Source: Candidatus Nomurabacteria bacterium (GTDB lineage: Bacteria; Patescibacteriota; Minisyncoccia; Phycocordibacterales; CALRBL01). From it: 64,000 nucleotides of DNA. The first letter of the stretch is position 1; the number at the start of each line of letters is the position of its first letter. The notes below the pieces were generated by a model, which was given only the letters and a program-made list of their open reading frames with translations, was not told the DNA's origin and made no database searches. Below are positions 36,626 to 47,600 of the stretch, in pieces. Position numbers and translations under genes: made by a program. Location: the NCBI GenBank assembly GCA_963834935.1, contig CAWIDS010000001.1:236499-300498 (forward strand), written 5' to 3'.

Positions 36626-38425
36626 ATGAGTATTTTGCAGAACATAAACGGTGCAGAAATCTCCTCGTGGTCTGGAGTAAATGTGTCCTCTAATAATTAC
36701 CTCGACCAAGGTCATTGCCTGTTTCGTTTTGTTCATGACGGCTACTGTAATAGTGCCATGCTTAGCACTCCGATTTATCTCGATCTAGGAGGTGCCCTAG
36801 CCGCCTTTGGTCTGTTATTTGCCGTATACCAACTCCGTAATCCTAAATGGGATACTGCCCTCAAAATCCGTGATGCTTGGCAACGCCACCTATTCTGGAT
36901 ACTGGGAATCATAGGCTTAGCTCTTGTCCTCGCACGAGTGCTGATAACGCAGATACCTGTAGATTATCTCAGTTACCCATTCAATGTTCCTATACTATAT
37001 GAGCTTTTAGCATACGTCTTCTTCGTAGCATCGCCACTCTCTTTGATGTATTTCGGGCAACGATCGAAGCATCTCTTCAAAGAAAGAACAGCGAGAAAAT
37101 TCTACGAGGTACTCATAGCAGAAGTGTCTCGTTCTGACGAAAAATGGATTGATGCCGCCCTCGAAGTGCTCATGCGCAATTTCGACGATATCTGCAAATC
37201 GATTGCTGAAAATGAGCCGAGGACTGAGATAAGCGGATCAGCTCGAGCGATCATCGATGTTGTCTTGAGCGAAGAGTCGATAGTTAAAATTTTGACCACC
37301 AAACGGCTCGATGCGCTTCAGCGTATATTTTATACAATCAAGAAATATCACATTAATCGCAATCAATGCGACGTCGGTATACCAGCACTTGTCAGAAATT
37401 TGTTCCTCGACGAAACATCTTTCTTTTACAAGCATCTTAACCGAGACGGCTTGGCATTGTCATTGAATATCTACGAAAGCATTTTTGAGTCACCGATACT
37501 GCTCACCAATTTTAATCTATTCGGGTATCCGACCTTGGGATACTCGGCACGAAATAATAGTGGCATCGCTATGAAGGTATTTATTCAGGCCCTGTCAAAA
37601 TCTATTGCCACATATTTGAAAACAGGAAAAGGGTCGGTGCGCTATATAAATGATGGTCTCGAATACCTCAGTGACGCATTCGGGAATATATGCATGAAAA
37701 TCAGCACTGAGGAAGGTAGAGGTGTTGATACGAGATACAGTTTAGAGGATGAATGGTGGACGTTGCATGACATCGCACATTTCTTGGGTCATGACTACCC
37801 ATTCCTGGTCTACCAAGACACACTTAATCAAATTACTGTTGATACAGAAAAGACAGCGTCTGAAGCAGGATTTTATTCTGATCTAACAATCAACGCTGGT
37901 ATTGCCGCCGTCTTATATAAAGCATTTGAACAACTCGCATATCTTAGAAAGACGACCGACATATATCATACCGTTCTCCAGCTACTGAATGGTATGATGT
38001 ACCACGAAAATTATAAGGAAGGATACAGGAATCCGTTTGAAAAAAGACTGTGGGAACAGATTGCCAAAAACGTATCAAGCAAGCACTATCCAAATGTGCT
38101 CAGGATCTACCTTACATTTATGGGCTTTATGCTCACCTCTGACGATACCAATCAGAGACAAGGTTGGATTGGTGGACAGACGGAGAGAATGAGGAGATTA
38201 CTCTATGTTGATCTCAAGCCGCTTCTCGATAGGGGTGAAAAGATGGTCAATGATGAGCTAATGATCGATGTCCTGCTTCCAGAATGGATGAAGTACAAAG
38301 ATGGCAAATTCTCGTATACTAATGGCTTTGGCAGGGGTGATACGAAAGTGATTACCGAGCCACCTGCGGGATCAGCATCGGCTTTAGTAGGTGTTGATAT
38401 GGATAATCGCAGTTCATTGCTCTAG
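36626..38425 (+). CDS. Hypothetical protein, three N-terminal TMs plus a large helical domain
   Basis: Long ORF with hydrophobic segments; real start may be about 36758. Confidence 0.7.
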   Translation: MSILQNINGAEISSWSGVNVSSNNYLDQGHCLFRFVHDGYCNSAMLSTPIYLDLGGALAAFGLLFAVYQLRNPKWDTALKIRDAWQRHLFWILGIIGLALVLARVLITQIPVDYLSYPFNVPILYELLAYVFFVASPLSLMYFGQRSKHLFKERTARKFYEVLIAEVSRSDEKWIDAALEVLMRNFDDICKSIAENEPRTEISGSARAIIDVVLSEESIVKILTTKRLDALQRIFYTIKKYHINRNQCDVGIPALVRNLFLDETSFFYKHLNRDGLALSLNIYESIFESPILLTNFNLFGYPTLGYSARNNSGIAMKVFIQALSKSIATYLKTGKGSVRYINDGLEYLSDAFGNICMKISTEEGRGVDTRYSLEDEWWTLHDIAHFLGHDYPFLVYQDTLNQITVDTEKTASEAGFYSDLTINAGIAAVLYKAFEQLAYLRKTTDIYHTVLQLLNGMMYHENYKEGYRNPFEKRLWEQIAKNVSSKHYPNVLRIYLTFMGFMLTSDDTNQRQGWIGGQTERMRRLLYVDLKPLLDRGEKMVNDELMIDVLLPEWMKYKDGKFSYTNGFGRGDTKVITEPPAGSASALVGVDMDNRSSLL

Positions 38426-39756
38426 GTAGTTTGTATCTGCACGACCTTGTTATTCACCACCACCTTGCTCTTGAGGCACGACAGTAGCTCTCGCTTCTCC
38501 CAGACACCGCCCTCACGCAGGATATACTTGGCATAGTTTCGTATATCGATGTCAGTGGTCTTGATAGCAGTCGGTTTTTCCCCAAGAAGTGATGACTGGA
38601 ATTTCTTGTGTCGCTCGATCTCGCTCTTGACCCGCTCTTTCATGCCGATCTCATCGAGGTCGATCTTGTCCATGAGTGTCGCCAGTTGTTCGATGAGGTC
38701 TTCTTCATTGATCCAGCCAGAGGTGCACTTCGGATCATTATGTCTGGTACATCCGTAGTAGACATATCGGTGGACATTGCCGTTCTTTTGCTTCTTGTAT
38801 TTCTCGTCAGCGGTGATGCCTGATCCGCATAGTCCGCAGGACATGAGCTTGGTGAAGGCGAACTCCTTATGATCGCCCCGGTCAGCATAGTCGATCATAT
38901 TCTCCTGCACTTTGTCGAAGAGCTCTTTGGTGATGAGGGGCGTATGCTTGCCCTGATACCACTGTCCACCGCCTTTCGGATACTCGAATGCGCCATAGTA
39001 GAAAGTATTGCGGAGTGTAAGGTAGACATTGCTCAAGGAAAATATCTTGCCGTTTCTGGTTTTGAATTTTATATCGTTCTTGAGCCATGCGTGAATCTTT
39101 CTACCACTCCATTTCTCATATCCTGCTTTTTCGAATACCTTTTTAACAATTGGCGCTCTATGGGGATCAACCTCGACATGACACCGCTTGTCCACATTCT
39201 TGCTATTAAGATAGCCAGTCGGTGCCGTGCATGGCCATAGTCCCATCTCGCATCGAGCTCGGAGTCCGCGCTTGACGTTAACCACCTTGTTGTCATTCTC
39301 GAGCTTGGCCTGTGATCCTAGAATCATCAGCATGAACTTGTCATTCGGCGTGTTCATGAATTTCTGGCCATAGGTGCGTATCTCGATGAGCTTCTTTTGA
39401 TCCATAAGGTCGACGATCCTTCCAAGGTCGCCGGCGTTTCGGCTGATACGATCCGGTGCCCATGTGAGGATGCCATTAAATTTACCACTTTTTATTTCAT
39501 CGACTATTTCATTGAATACTTGTCGTTGTCCCGCCTCCTTGGCCGAGTGCGACTCCTTCTTTATCTCTACAATCTCAAGGCACTCTTTTTCGGCCATGGC
39601 GATCATCTCCTTGATCTGCGAGTCGATGGACAAGACTTGTTTGTCCTCGGCCTCAGTTGATTTTCTCGCGTAAAGGCAGTACTTCATCGGTATCGCCTTT
39701 ATCTCCGGCTTTACAAAGGCGCCGGTAAACCCTTTTGTTGCTTGTATTTGTTGCAT
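38422..39756 (-). CDS. Large serine recombinase/integrase
   Basis: YARKST, DRISRN, recombinase domain, CGLCG...YYGC zinc ribbon. Confidence 0.93.
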   Translation of the reverse strand: MQQIQATKGFTGAFVKPEIKAIPMKYCLYARKSTEAEDKQVLSIDSQIKEMIAMAEKECLEIVEIKKESHSAKEAGQRQVFNEIVDEIKSGKFNGILTWAPDRISRNAGDLGRIVDLMDQKKLIEIRTYGQKFMNTPNDKFMLMILGSQAKLENDNKVVNVKRGLRARCEMGLWPCTAPTGYLNSKNVDKRCHVEVDPHRAPIVKKVFEKAGYEKWSGRKIHAWLKNDIKFKTRNGKIFSLSNVYLTLRNTFYYGAFEYPKGGGQWYQGKHTPLITKELFDKVQENMIDYADRGDHKEFAFTKLMSCGLCGSGITADEKYKKQKNGNVHRYVYYGCTRHNDPKCTSGWINEEDLIEQLATLMDKIDLDEIGMKERVKSEIERHKKFQSSLLGEKPTAIKTTDIDIRNYAKYILREGGVWEKRELLSCLKSKVVVNNKVVQIQTT

Positions 39757-39903
39757 ATTGGTATACCTGTTAGCTGGTATACCTCAAGGGATGACGCAAC
39801 CCCGCCGAGGAGTCTAGGAGGCCTGAAGTTGGTAAAGTGTCGGTAACTAAATACTCAAAAAAGCTTCTAAAATATAGGAAAAAATGCTAGAGTGTCACTA
39901 ATA

Positions 39904-41481
39904 ATGACAGTCAATAATCGCAAACAACTACACGAGAGACTATGGGCGGCGGCAGAGCAGTTGCGCGCCAACAGCTCGCTCAAACTCAATGAAATATCAG
40001 AGCCAATTTTAGGTTTGATTTTTCTTAAATTTGCCGATGTAAAATTCCGTAGAGCCAAAGCTGAAATCGAGAAAGAACGCGAAAAACTGACTGGCAGGAA
40101 GCCACCGATTACTCCCGATAATTATAAACAGCGAGGTGTACCATTTATTCCAGATGAAGCTGGCTATGCGCATCTCATGGATCTGCCTGAAGGTGAAAAT
40201 ATCGGCAAAGCAATCAATGACGCCATGAAGTCTATTGAACAAGAAAATCGCGAGCTGGCGGGCATTCTTCCGCAAGACTTTACCACTCTTTCATCACGTC
40301 CGGCAGAAAATAGTAGGATACTTCTTACACTTCTCAAAAACTTCAATCAAATTCCCGACGATATCGAGGGTGACGCTTTCGGCGAGATTTATGAATATTT
40401 TCTAGGTGAGTTTGCTCGCGCTGAAGGCCAAAAGGGCGGAGAATTCTTTACTCCGCAATCCATAGTCAAGCTTCTAGTGGAAATCATAGAGCCGTATCAC
40501 GGCAAGATTTTTGATCCGGCTTGCGGTTCGGGCGGCATGTTTGTGCAGTCGGCAAACTTTGTGGCGCGTCATCAAAAGAACAAGCGTCCGATCATGGAAG
40601 AAGTTGGTATTTATGGCCAAGAAAAAGGCGCCAACAATATGCGCGTGGCCAAAATGAACCTCGCCATTCATGGAATCTCTGGCAAAATCGAGCTTGCCAA
40701 TTCATTTTATGAAGATCCGCACAAAAGTATCGGCCAATTCGACTTCGTGCTCGCCAATCCGCCATTCAATGTAAAAGGCAAAGATAAGAACGGGCAAATC
40801 GTCATTGATCCGGCACGTCTCCAAGGCGATGCCCGCTATAACTACGGCCTCCCGCTTACCGGAAAGGGCGAAATCTCCAACGCCAACTATCTCTGGATGC
40901 AAATGTTTGCAAGCGCCTTGAACGACAAAGGCCGTGCCGGTTTTGTTATGGCCAATTCCGCGAGCGACGCTGGCAACGCCGAAAAAGTAATTCGCAGAAA
41001 AATGATTGATGCCGGAATGGTGGATGTGATTGTTTCGGTGGGAACAAATATGTTTATGAACGCCACGCTTTCTTGCACACTTTGGTTTTTTGATAAGCGG
41101 AAAAAAGGCACGGATAGGCAAAACGAAGTTTTGTTTATTAACGCGCAAGATATTTTCACGCCGATTGATCGCGCCCATAGCGAATGGACACCAGAGCAAA
41201 TCCAAGAAATAGCCGACATCGTATGCCGTTATCGGGGAGAAAAGGGCGAAGACGCATACAATGACATAAAAGGCCGATGCAAAGTGGCAACGCTTGAGGA
41301 AGTCCGTGCCAATGACTACTCGCTCAATCCGGGGCGCTATGTGGAGATTGTAGAAAAAGAAATGAGCGACGTGGACTTTGACGCGCGAATGAAAGAACTG
41401 ATGGGCGAGTTTACGGATTTGACCAGCGAAGCGCACAAGCTGGAAAAGAAAATCCAAGAGGATTGGAAAAAGATTTTATGA
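39904..41481 (+). CDS. hsdM: Type I RM methyltransferase
   Basis: GEFFTP, DPACGSGGMF, ANPPFN. Confidence 0.95.
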   Translation: MTVNNRKQLHERLWAAAEQLRANSSLKLNEISEPILGLIFLKFADVKFRRAKAEIEKEREKLTGRKPPITPDNYKQRGVPFIPDEAGYAHLMDLPEGENIGKAINDAMKSIEQENRELAGILPQDFTTLSSRPAENSRILLTLLKNFNQIPDDIEGDAFGEIYEYFLGEFARAEGQKGGEFFTPQSIVKLLVEIIEPYHGKIFDPACGSGGMFVQSANFVARHQKNKRPIMEEVGIYGQEKGANNMRVAKMNLAIHGISGKIELANSFYEDPHKSIGQFDFVLANPPFNVKGKDKNGQIVIDPARLQGDARYNYGLPLTGKGEISNANYLWMQMFASALNDKGRAGFVMANSASDAGNAEKVIRRKMIDAGMVDVIVSVGTNMFMNATLSCTLWFFDKRKKGTDRQNEVLFINAQDIFTPIDRAHSEWTPEQIQEIADIVCRYRGEKGEDAYNDIKGRCKVATLEEVRANDYSLNPGRYVEIVEKEMSDVDFDARMKELMGEFTDLTSEAHKLEKKIQEDWKKIL

Positions 41482-42635
41482 GCACTTGGACTAAGCAAAA
41501 ATTATCGGATATTTGCGACGTTAGGGACGGAACGCATGATTCACCTAAGCCTGCTACAAGTGGTTTTCCTTTGGTGACTTCAAAACATATAATAAATAAC
41601 AAAATTGATTTTTCGAGTGCATACTTGATAACGAATGAGGATTTTGATGCTGTAAATAAAAGAAGCAAAGTAAGCAAGTTCGATATTCTGATTAGTATGA
41701 TTGGTACTGTTGGTGAAATTGCTCTTGTAAAAGAGGAGCCTAGATTTGCTATAAAAAATGTTGGTCTAATAAAAACAAATAATGAAACACTGGGTAAATA
41801 TTTATTTTATTATCTAATTTCACCAACCGGTAAAAATATACTCAGTTCATTTCTTACAGGTTCAACACAAAAATTTATTAGCCTTAGTAAACTTAGAGAT
41901 TTTCCAATAACACTACCACCGGAAGAAAATCAAAATAAGATCACTTCTGTCCTCTCCGCCTACGATGACTTGATAGAAAACAATGAAAAGCGCATCAAGA
42001 TACTGGAAGAAATGGCACAACTTCTTTATACCGAATGGTTTGTAAAGTTCAAATTTCCCGGCTATGAAAAAGTAAAGGTGGTCCATAGTGGCACTGAATA
42101 CGGCAAGATTCCGACGGGGTGGGAGGTGAGAAATGTTGAAAGCTTAATCAAACGGATTCCGGTTGGTAAAAAATATGAAAATAAAAGTGTCCTTGAGATA
42201 GGCAGAGTCCCCGTACTTGATCAAGGGAAATCAGGCTTTATTGGTTATCACAATGACGAGCCTGGTGTAAAAGCTTCAATTGAAAACCCAGTGATTGTTT
42301 TTGCAAATCATACCTGCTATCAAAATATCATCGTCTATCCATTTTCGGCGATACAAAATGTTCTACCGTTTGTTCCAAATGATGAACGAGATATTTTTTG
42401 GTTGCACTGGTCTACGAAAGACCTAATTAAATTTAACGACTACAAAGGTCACTGGCCGGAATATATGTCAAAGAAACTCATTGTGCCGTCTGTTGATTTA
42501 ACAAAAAAATTCGGCAGTATTGTCGGTAAATATGTTGCGATGAAATATAAAATGGAAACAGAAAATAAAAACTTATCCCAAATCCGCGATCTTTTAATTC
42601 CCCAGCTGGTGAATGGGAAAAGGGATTTAAAATAA
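41478..42635 (+). CDS. hsdS: Type I RM specificity subunit
   Basis: DGTHDSP, PP.E.Q.KI..VL.AYDDLIENN, RDLLIPQLV.G. Confidence 0.92.
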   Translation: MSTWTKQKLSDICDVRDGTHDSPKPATSGFPLVTSKHIINNKIDFSSAYLITNEDFDAVNKRSKVSKFDILISMIGTVGEIALVKEEPRFAIKNVGLIKTNNETLGKYLFYYLISPTGKNILSSFLTGSTQKFISLSKLRDFPITLPPEENQNKITSVLSAYDDLIENNEKRIKILEEMAQLLYTEWFVKFKFPGYEKVKVVHSGTEYGKIPTGWEVRNVESLIKRIPVGKKYENKSVLEIGRVPVLDQGKSGFIGYHNDEPGVKASIENPVIVFANHTCYQNIIVYPFSAIQNVLPFVPNDERDIFWLHWSTKDLIKFNDYKGHWPEYMSKKLIVPSVDLTKKFGSIVGKYVAMKYKMETENKNLSQIRDLLIPQLVNGKRDLK

Positions 42636-42639
42636 TTTT

Positions 42640-43470
42640 ATGATAGCTCCAAATAGATTTTCGAGAAAGGATAAAGAATATTGCGGAATTAGGACTCACA
42701 GTAGATATGTCGGAAATATTTATTTATTATTGAACTCTGAAAAGTTGACATTCAATTTGGAACTAGAAAAAGATAATCATCTTGGATTTAAGGATGAAAT
42801 AAATAAAAAAATAATCAAGAAATTAGGAATTGTTCAGTATACAGTAGAATCTATACAGAAAGAATACGAATATTCAAAAACAGATGAAGAATTTTTACCA
42901 TTAGCACTATCTTGGATATGGATAAAGGGTTATTATGCCATCTTCCATCTCTTGTCTCTTTTGGTTGCGATTGAAAAATCTGATGAAAAATATATCTTTG
43001 ACAAGAAATTTAATCTACACCAAAAAATAAATAATAATGCGAATGAATTTTTATCAAGAAAACCATTCAATCTAGATGAAATTAACGAAGTATTTTGTGG
43101 AACTGATTTAGAAAAGTTTGTCACAAAAGACTATGAGAATTTAAAGACATTGAGTGAGTTTGATCAAAATCTTTACAAATTATCAATAAAGAAAGTATTT
43201 AAAGATAATAGGAAAAAGAACGGCGTAAAAGAGGCAAGGCAGAAACAATACTCAATATTTAATGTTTGTTTAAATTATAGGGAAATGTTTAATTATTCTG
43301 GGTTTCATTATATTGAAACGGAAGCTGAACAAAATCAGGAAGAAATAAAAAAACTTTATTTTGCTTCGCACTATGTAATTTTAGCTCTTGTTAATGCTAT
43401 AGCCGAATTTTTATCCAAAAAGACAGATGGGGCATTACATGATAAATTAGTAGAAATAACCAATTTATGA
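42640..43470 (+). CDS. Hypothetical, HEPN-like protein inserted between hsdS and hsdR
   Basis: YYAIFH...LH...YREMFNY resembles the HEPN YYAxFH / RxxxxY pattern; very AT-rich. Confidence 0.5.
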   Translation: MIAPNRFSRKDKEYCGIRTHSRYVGNIYLLLNSEKLTFNLELEKDNHLGFKDEINKKIIKKLGIVQYTVESIQKEYEYSKTDEEFLPLALSWIWIKGYYAIFHLLSLLVAIEKSDEKYIFDKKFNLHQKINNNANEFLSRKPFNLDEINEVFCGTDLEKFVTKDYENLKTLSEFDQNLYKLSIKKVFKDNRKKNGVKEARQKQYSIFNVCLNYREMFNYSGFHYIETEAEQNQEEIKKLYFASHYVILALVNAIAEFLSKKTDGALHDKLVEITNL

Positions 43471-46400
43471 ACCCGTTCTCCGAAGACAACCTAGTCGAGC
43501 AAACGGTCATCAAGCTCATAAAAGAAGCATGGGCTGATTCTGCTTGCCACATAAATACTTATACCGATGAAGAAGATGCCAAACTGGGGCGAGAACATCG
43601 TGGTGAAGTGGTGCTGAAGAAATACCTTTTGCCAGCTTTGGAAAAATTGAATCCTGACTTGCCAAAAGAATCATTGGATCAAGCCGTTGAGCAAATTACC
43701 CGCGATAGGTCGCAAATGTCCTTGGTGAACGCTAACAAGGAGATTTATCAGCTCTTGCGTGACGGCGCCAGCGTGCAAGTAATGAACAAAGACGGGGAAT
43801 ACGAAACAGAAACCGCCCGCTTCTTTGACTTTACAAATCCTTCAAATAATTCTTTTTTATGCGTATCACAACTTTGGGTAGTCGGCGAAATGCATACAAA
43901 ACGACCGGATGTAGTACTTTTTGTAAATGGAATTCCACTTGTCCTTCTTGAACTAAAAGCATCGCATAAAAGCTTGGTAGATGCTCATCGAGACAATTTA
44001 CGCGATTATAAAGATACCATACCAAAACTACTTTGGTATAACCTCGGCATCATCATCAGCAATGGCATTGAAAATAAATTCGGTTCAATAACCTCGCCAT
44101 ACGAATTTTTTAATGAATGGAAAAAGGTTGAAAGCGAAGATGATAAACCAAAGACCGATATCGCTACTATTATTCGAGGCGTCTGTGATAAGGGACGGAT
44201 GATGGATATTTTTGAAAACTTTATTCTCTATGACGAATCCGGTCCAGGCGAAATCAAGAAAATCGTTCCGCGCTATTTTCAATACTACGGAGTCAATCGA
44301 GCCTTTCAAAAAGTAATCAACCGCAAGACAAATGAAGGAAAGCTCGGCGTTTTTTGGCATACACAAGGCTCAGGCAAATCGTATTCAATGGTTTACCTAT
44401 CGCAAAAAGTATTACGCAAACTGCAAGGTAATTTTACTTTTGTCATAGTAACCGACCGAAGCGACCTAGATCGACAGGCGTATGATAACTTTGCCAATGT
44501 TGGTGCTGTGTATGAAGCAGAAGTTCGGGCTAATTCAATTGTTCATTTGAAAGAATTATTGCGAGCGGATCATCGCCAAATTTTTACCACCATTCAAAAA
44601 TTCCAGGATATTCCCGATGCTATTTCAGAGCGCGATGATATTATCGTCATGACCGACGAGGCGCATCGCACTCAATATGACCGGATGGCGCAAAATATGC
44701 GTCGAGCATTGCCAAAAGCGGCATTCATTGGCTTTACCGGAACCCCGCTTATGGCTAAAGGCGAGGAAAAGACACGCGAAACATTCGGTAATTATGTGTC
44801 CCAGTATAACTTCGGTGATTCGGTGCGAGATGGTGCGACCGTGCCTTTGTATTATGAAAATCGTGTGCCGAGATTGGAGAATGTAAATAAGCAGTTGGAA
44901 CAAGAAATCGGCAAAGTCATGGACTTTTATGAGTTGAATGACGAGGAAGAGGAAAAACTAGAATCTGAATTTTCTACTTTCTATAACTTGGTGACTCGCG
45001 AAGATCGCCTCAATGCCATTGCGCGGGATATTGTTGAGCATTTTGTCGGTCGTGGATATAACGGCAAGGCAATGGTGGTTTCGATTGATAAAAAGACGGC
45101 AGTGAGAATGTACACAAAAGTGCGTGCCGAATGGGAGCGATATTTGGGGAAATTGCGAATGGATTTATCACGCACAACCGATGAATATGAGAGGGAAAAG
45201 ATTGAAGAAAAACTCACACGACATGAATACGTAGAGATGGCAGTAATGGTTAGTCAAAGCCAAAATGAGATAGCGGACTTGGAACCATTTGAGATAAATA
45301 TGCGGCCAATTCGCGAACACATTATACACGGCAATTTGGAAAAAGAATTTAAGAAAGCAGAAAGTAATCTACGCATTGTATTTGTCTGTGCCATGTGGAT
45401 GACCGGCTTTGATGTGCCTAATCTGTCAACACTATATCTCGATAAGCCGCTTAAAAATCACACTCTGATGCAAGCGATCGCGCGCGTCAATCGTGTTTCG
45501 CCCGGCAAGAATAACGGATTAATCGTCGACTATATCGGCGTATTTAGGAATATCGAAAAGGCTCTTGCAATTTACGCTTCTACCGAAGGTGGAGATGATG
45601 AAATTATCCGAAGCAAAGACGAGCTCGTGGATGAGTTGAGAGAAGCGCTTAAACTTGGTAAAAAATTCCTGCAAGAAGAGCATGTCGATCTGGCAAAAAT
45701 CGTTTCCGCTCTGGCCGAAGAAAAACTGCTTTTGCTTGAATACGCGGCCAATGCGATTGTGTCGGATGTGGCAAAGAAAAAGAAGTTTCTGAACCTTGCC
45801 TCGGATATACAGAATACATATTACGCAGTCTTGCCCGACCCATCGGCGGATGATTTTTATACTGAAGTGACGGCCATCCGTGTCATTGCTTCGCGCGTGC
45901 GCGATGTCGGTTCCGCAAGCATAGATGTGTCGCAAGTTAAGAAAGATATGGAAGACTTGCTAGATCGCTCAATACAAGCCGGCGAGTATGTCATTCCGCA
46001 ACACAAGCGACTGCGAGATTTGAGTATGCTTGATACGGATGCTTTACATGATTTTTTTGTAAAGTTGGACAACAAGAATTTGCAAGCAGAAAGTTTGAGC
46101 GCAGAGTTGAAAGGAAAAATCGAGGAAATGGTTAGGCGTAATCGAAAGCGAGCAAGGTTTATGGAACGGTTGGATTCCTTGCTCAAAGAATACAATTCCG
46201 GCGCGCATGATATAGATAAACTTTTGAATGATCTTGTGGCATTGGCAAAAGATCTTAATGAAGAGGAACAGCGCGCGGTAAAAGAGGGTTTGACCGAAGA
46301 CGAATTGGCAATTTTTGATCTGTTGCGCAAAGAAAACTTGAATCCAGATGAAACAGCCAAAGTGCGTTTGGTCGCAAAAGAACTATTGGAAAAGTTAAAA

Positions 46401-46592
46401 GATAAACTTGTGCTCGGCTGGCGAGATTTTGAGCCGTTACGTTCGGGTGTGAAAATTACGATATCAGATGTCTTGTTTCCAAAGCTGCCTGAATCGGTTT
46501 ATACAGAGAATGATTGTGAGAAAAAAGGATTGGAAGTTTATAATTTTGTGTATGAGAATTATCCGAATGCTAAATCGTTTTCGCATAATTAA
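43467..46592 (+). CDS. hsdR: Type I RM restriction subunit
   Basis: RPDVVLFVNGIPL..ELK, HTQGSGKS, DEAHR, FTGTP, QAIARVNR. Confidence 0.95.
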   Translation: MNPFSEDNLVEQTVIKLIKEAWADSACHINTYTDEEDAKLGREHRGEVVLKKYLLPALEKLNPDLPKESLDQAVEQITRDRSQMSLVNANKEIYQLLRDGASVQVMNKDGEYETETARFFDFTNPSNNSFLCVSQLWVVGEMHTKRPDVVLFVNGIPLVLLELKASHKSLVDAHRDNLRDYKDTIPKLLWYNLGIIISNGIENKFGSITSPYEFFNEWKKVESEDDKPKTDIATIIRGVCDKGRMMDIFENFILYDESGPGEIKKIVPRYFQYYGVNRAFQKVINRKTNEGKLGVFWHTQGSGKSYSMVYLSQKVLRKLQGNFTFVIVTDRSDLDRQAYDNFANVGAVYEAEVRANSIVHLKELLRADHRQIFTTIQKFQDIPDAISERDDIIVMTDEAHRTQYDRMAQNMRRALPKAAFIGFTGTPLMAKGEEKTRETFGNYVSQYNFGDSVRDGATVPLYYENRVPRLENVNKQLEQEIGKVMDFYELNDEEEEKLESEFSTFYNLVTREDRLNAIARDIVEHFVGRGYNGKAMVVSIDKKTAVRMYTKVRAEWERYLGKLRMDLSRTTDEYEREKIEEKLTRHEYVEMAVMVSQSQNEIADLEPFEINMRPIREHIIHGNLEKEFKKAESNLRIVFVCAMWMTGFDVPNLSTLYLDKPLKNHTLMQAIARVNRVSPGKNNGLIVDYIGVFRNIEKALAIYASTEGGDDEIIRSKDELVDELREALKLGKKFLQEEHVDLAKIVSALAEEKLLLLEYAANAIVSDVAKKKKFLNLASDIQNTYYAVLPDPSADDFYTEVTAIRVIASRVRDVGSASIDVSQVKKDMEDLLDRSIQAGEYVIPQHKRLRDLSMLDTDALHDFFVKLDNKNLQAESLSAELKGKIEEMVRRNRKRARFMERLDSLLKEYNSGAHDIDKLLNDLVALAKDLNEEEQRAVKEGLTEDELAIFDLLRKENLNPDETAKVRLVAKELLEKLKDKLVLGWRDFEPLRSGVKITISDVLFPKLPESVYTENDCEKKGLEVYNFVYENYPNAKSFSHN

Positions 46593-46688
46593 ACATTATG
46601 GACTCCTCCGAAATCCTAGAACTTATCAAAGATAGCGTAAGGTTGTGAGACTTTCTATACCGGTATCTTTATGCGTTAAAATAGTGAT

Positions 46689-47435
46689 ATGAATACATTA
46701 AATCCAGACGAACGGCCCTTTATCTCAGGATTTGTCGATAATAAAGGTAAAACATGGCTTATTGACGGTGAAGCGTCAATAAGAGAAATTGAGGAGAATA
46801 CAAATGTTCAATATCAGAAAATTGATAACGAGAAAGATACTGCGGAACTGAAGGAAATTGTTAAACAGCTAGAAAGTCTTGAGAAAGAATTTGATAATAA
46901 AGAAACACTTATAAGGATCGCGAACGTGCTTGCGGCATTTGTCTTAAGGTATGTTCGTCACAATACGGAAGACATTATAGCAATGGGAAATATTCAAAAA
47001 TCCTCTACATATGTAAGCTTGGGGGAGTTATTTGTTGAAATCGCAAGTATATACATTCTGTATGTAGACAAATTTTCTCACAATTTCTTTAGTAAAGAGA
47101 ATAATAACTTTTTTTACGATCGATTTCTAGATGATTTCATCGCTTTAGCTATGCTAACAAACTACGGAATAAACGCACACGCTATGCAAGGTATATTTGT
47201 TGAAGAGTTAAATAGTCGCATTAAAGAATATGCTAAGTTCGATATTATTGGTTCTGATGTAAATCAAGAAGAGTCCCAAATATATCAATTAGGTATCAAT
47301 GTCACTAAAATACTAAAAAACCATAAACAAAAACACCTCCTGACAGGTGCTACGATCGATATCCTGATTCAGATTTATGTAATTAAAGAATTTACAGCCT
47401 TAGACCAAATATTCAAACGAATATTTACCCATTAA
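46689..47435 (+). CDS. Hypothetical protein
   Basis: 248-aa ORF flanked by a 43-bp imperfect direct repeat. Confidence 0.6.
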   Translation: MNTLNPDERPFISGFVDNKGKTWLIDGEASIREIEENTNVQYQKIDNEKDTAELKEIVKQLESLEKEFDNKETLIRIANVLAAFVLRYVRHNTEDIIAMGNIQKSSTYVSLGELFVEIASIYILYVDKFSHNFFSKENNNFFYDRFLDDFIALAMLTNYGINAHAMQGIFVEELNSRIKEYAKFDIIGSDVNQEESQIYQLGINVTKILKNHKQKHLLTGATIDILIQIYVIKEFTALDQIFKRIFTH

Positions 47436-47439
47436 TAAT

Positions 47440-47583
47440 ATGGACTCCGACGAAATCCTTGAACTTGTCAAAGACGGTGTAATCGAACCAGACCAAGTCG
47501 AGGATTTTGAAGCGCTAGATGAAGAAATCCAGCAATTAGTTGCGGATGGTGATCTTGATATGGATGATGTGGTAAATCTCTAA
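47440..47583 (+). CDS. 47-aa highly acidic microprotein
   Basis: MDSDEILELVKDGVIEPDQVEDFEALDEEIQQLVADGDLDMDDVVNL: 18 D/E, 1 K. Confidence 0.6.
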   Translation: MDSDEILELVKDGVIEPDQVEDFEALDEEIQQLVADGDLDMDDVVNL

Positions 47584-47600
47584 GGACATATGTTCTCAAT

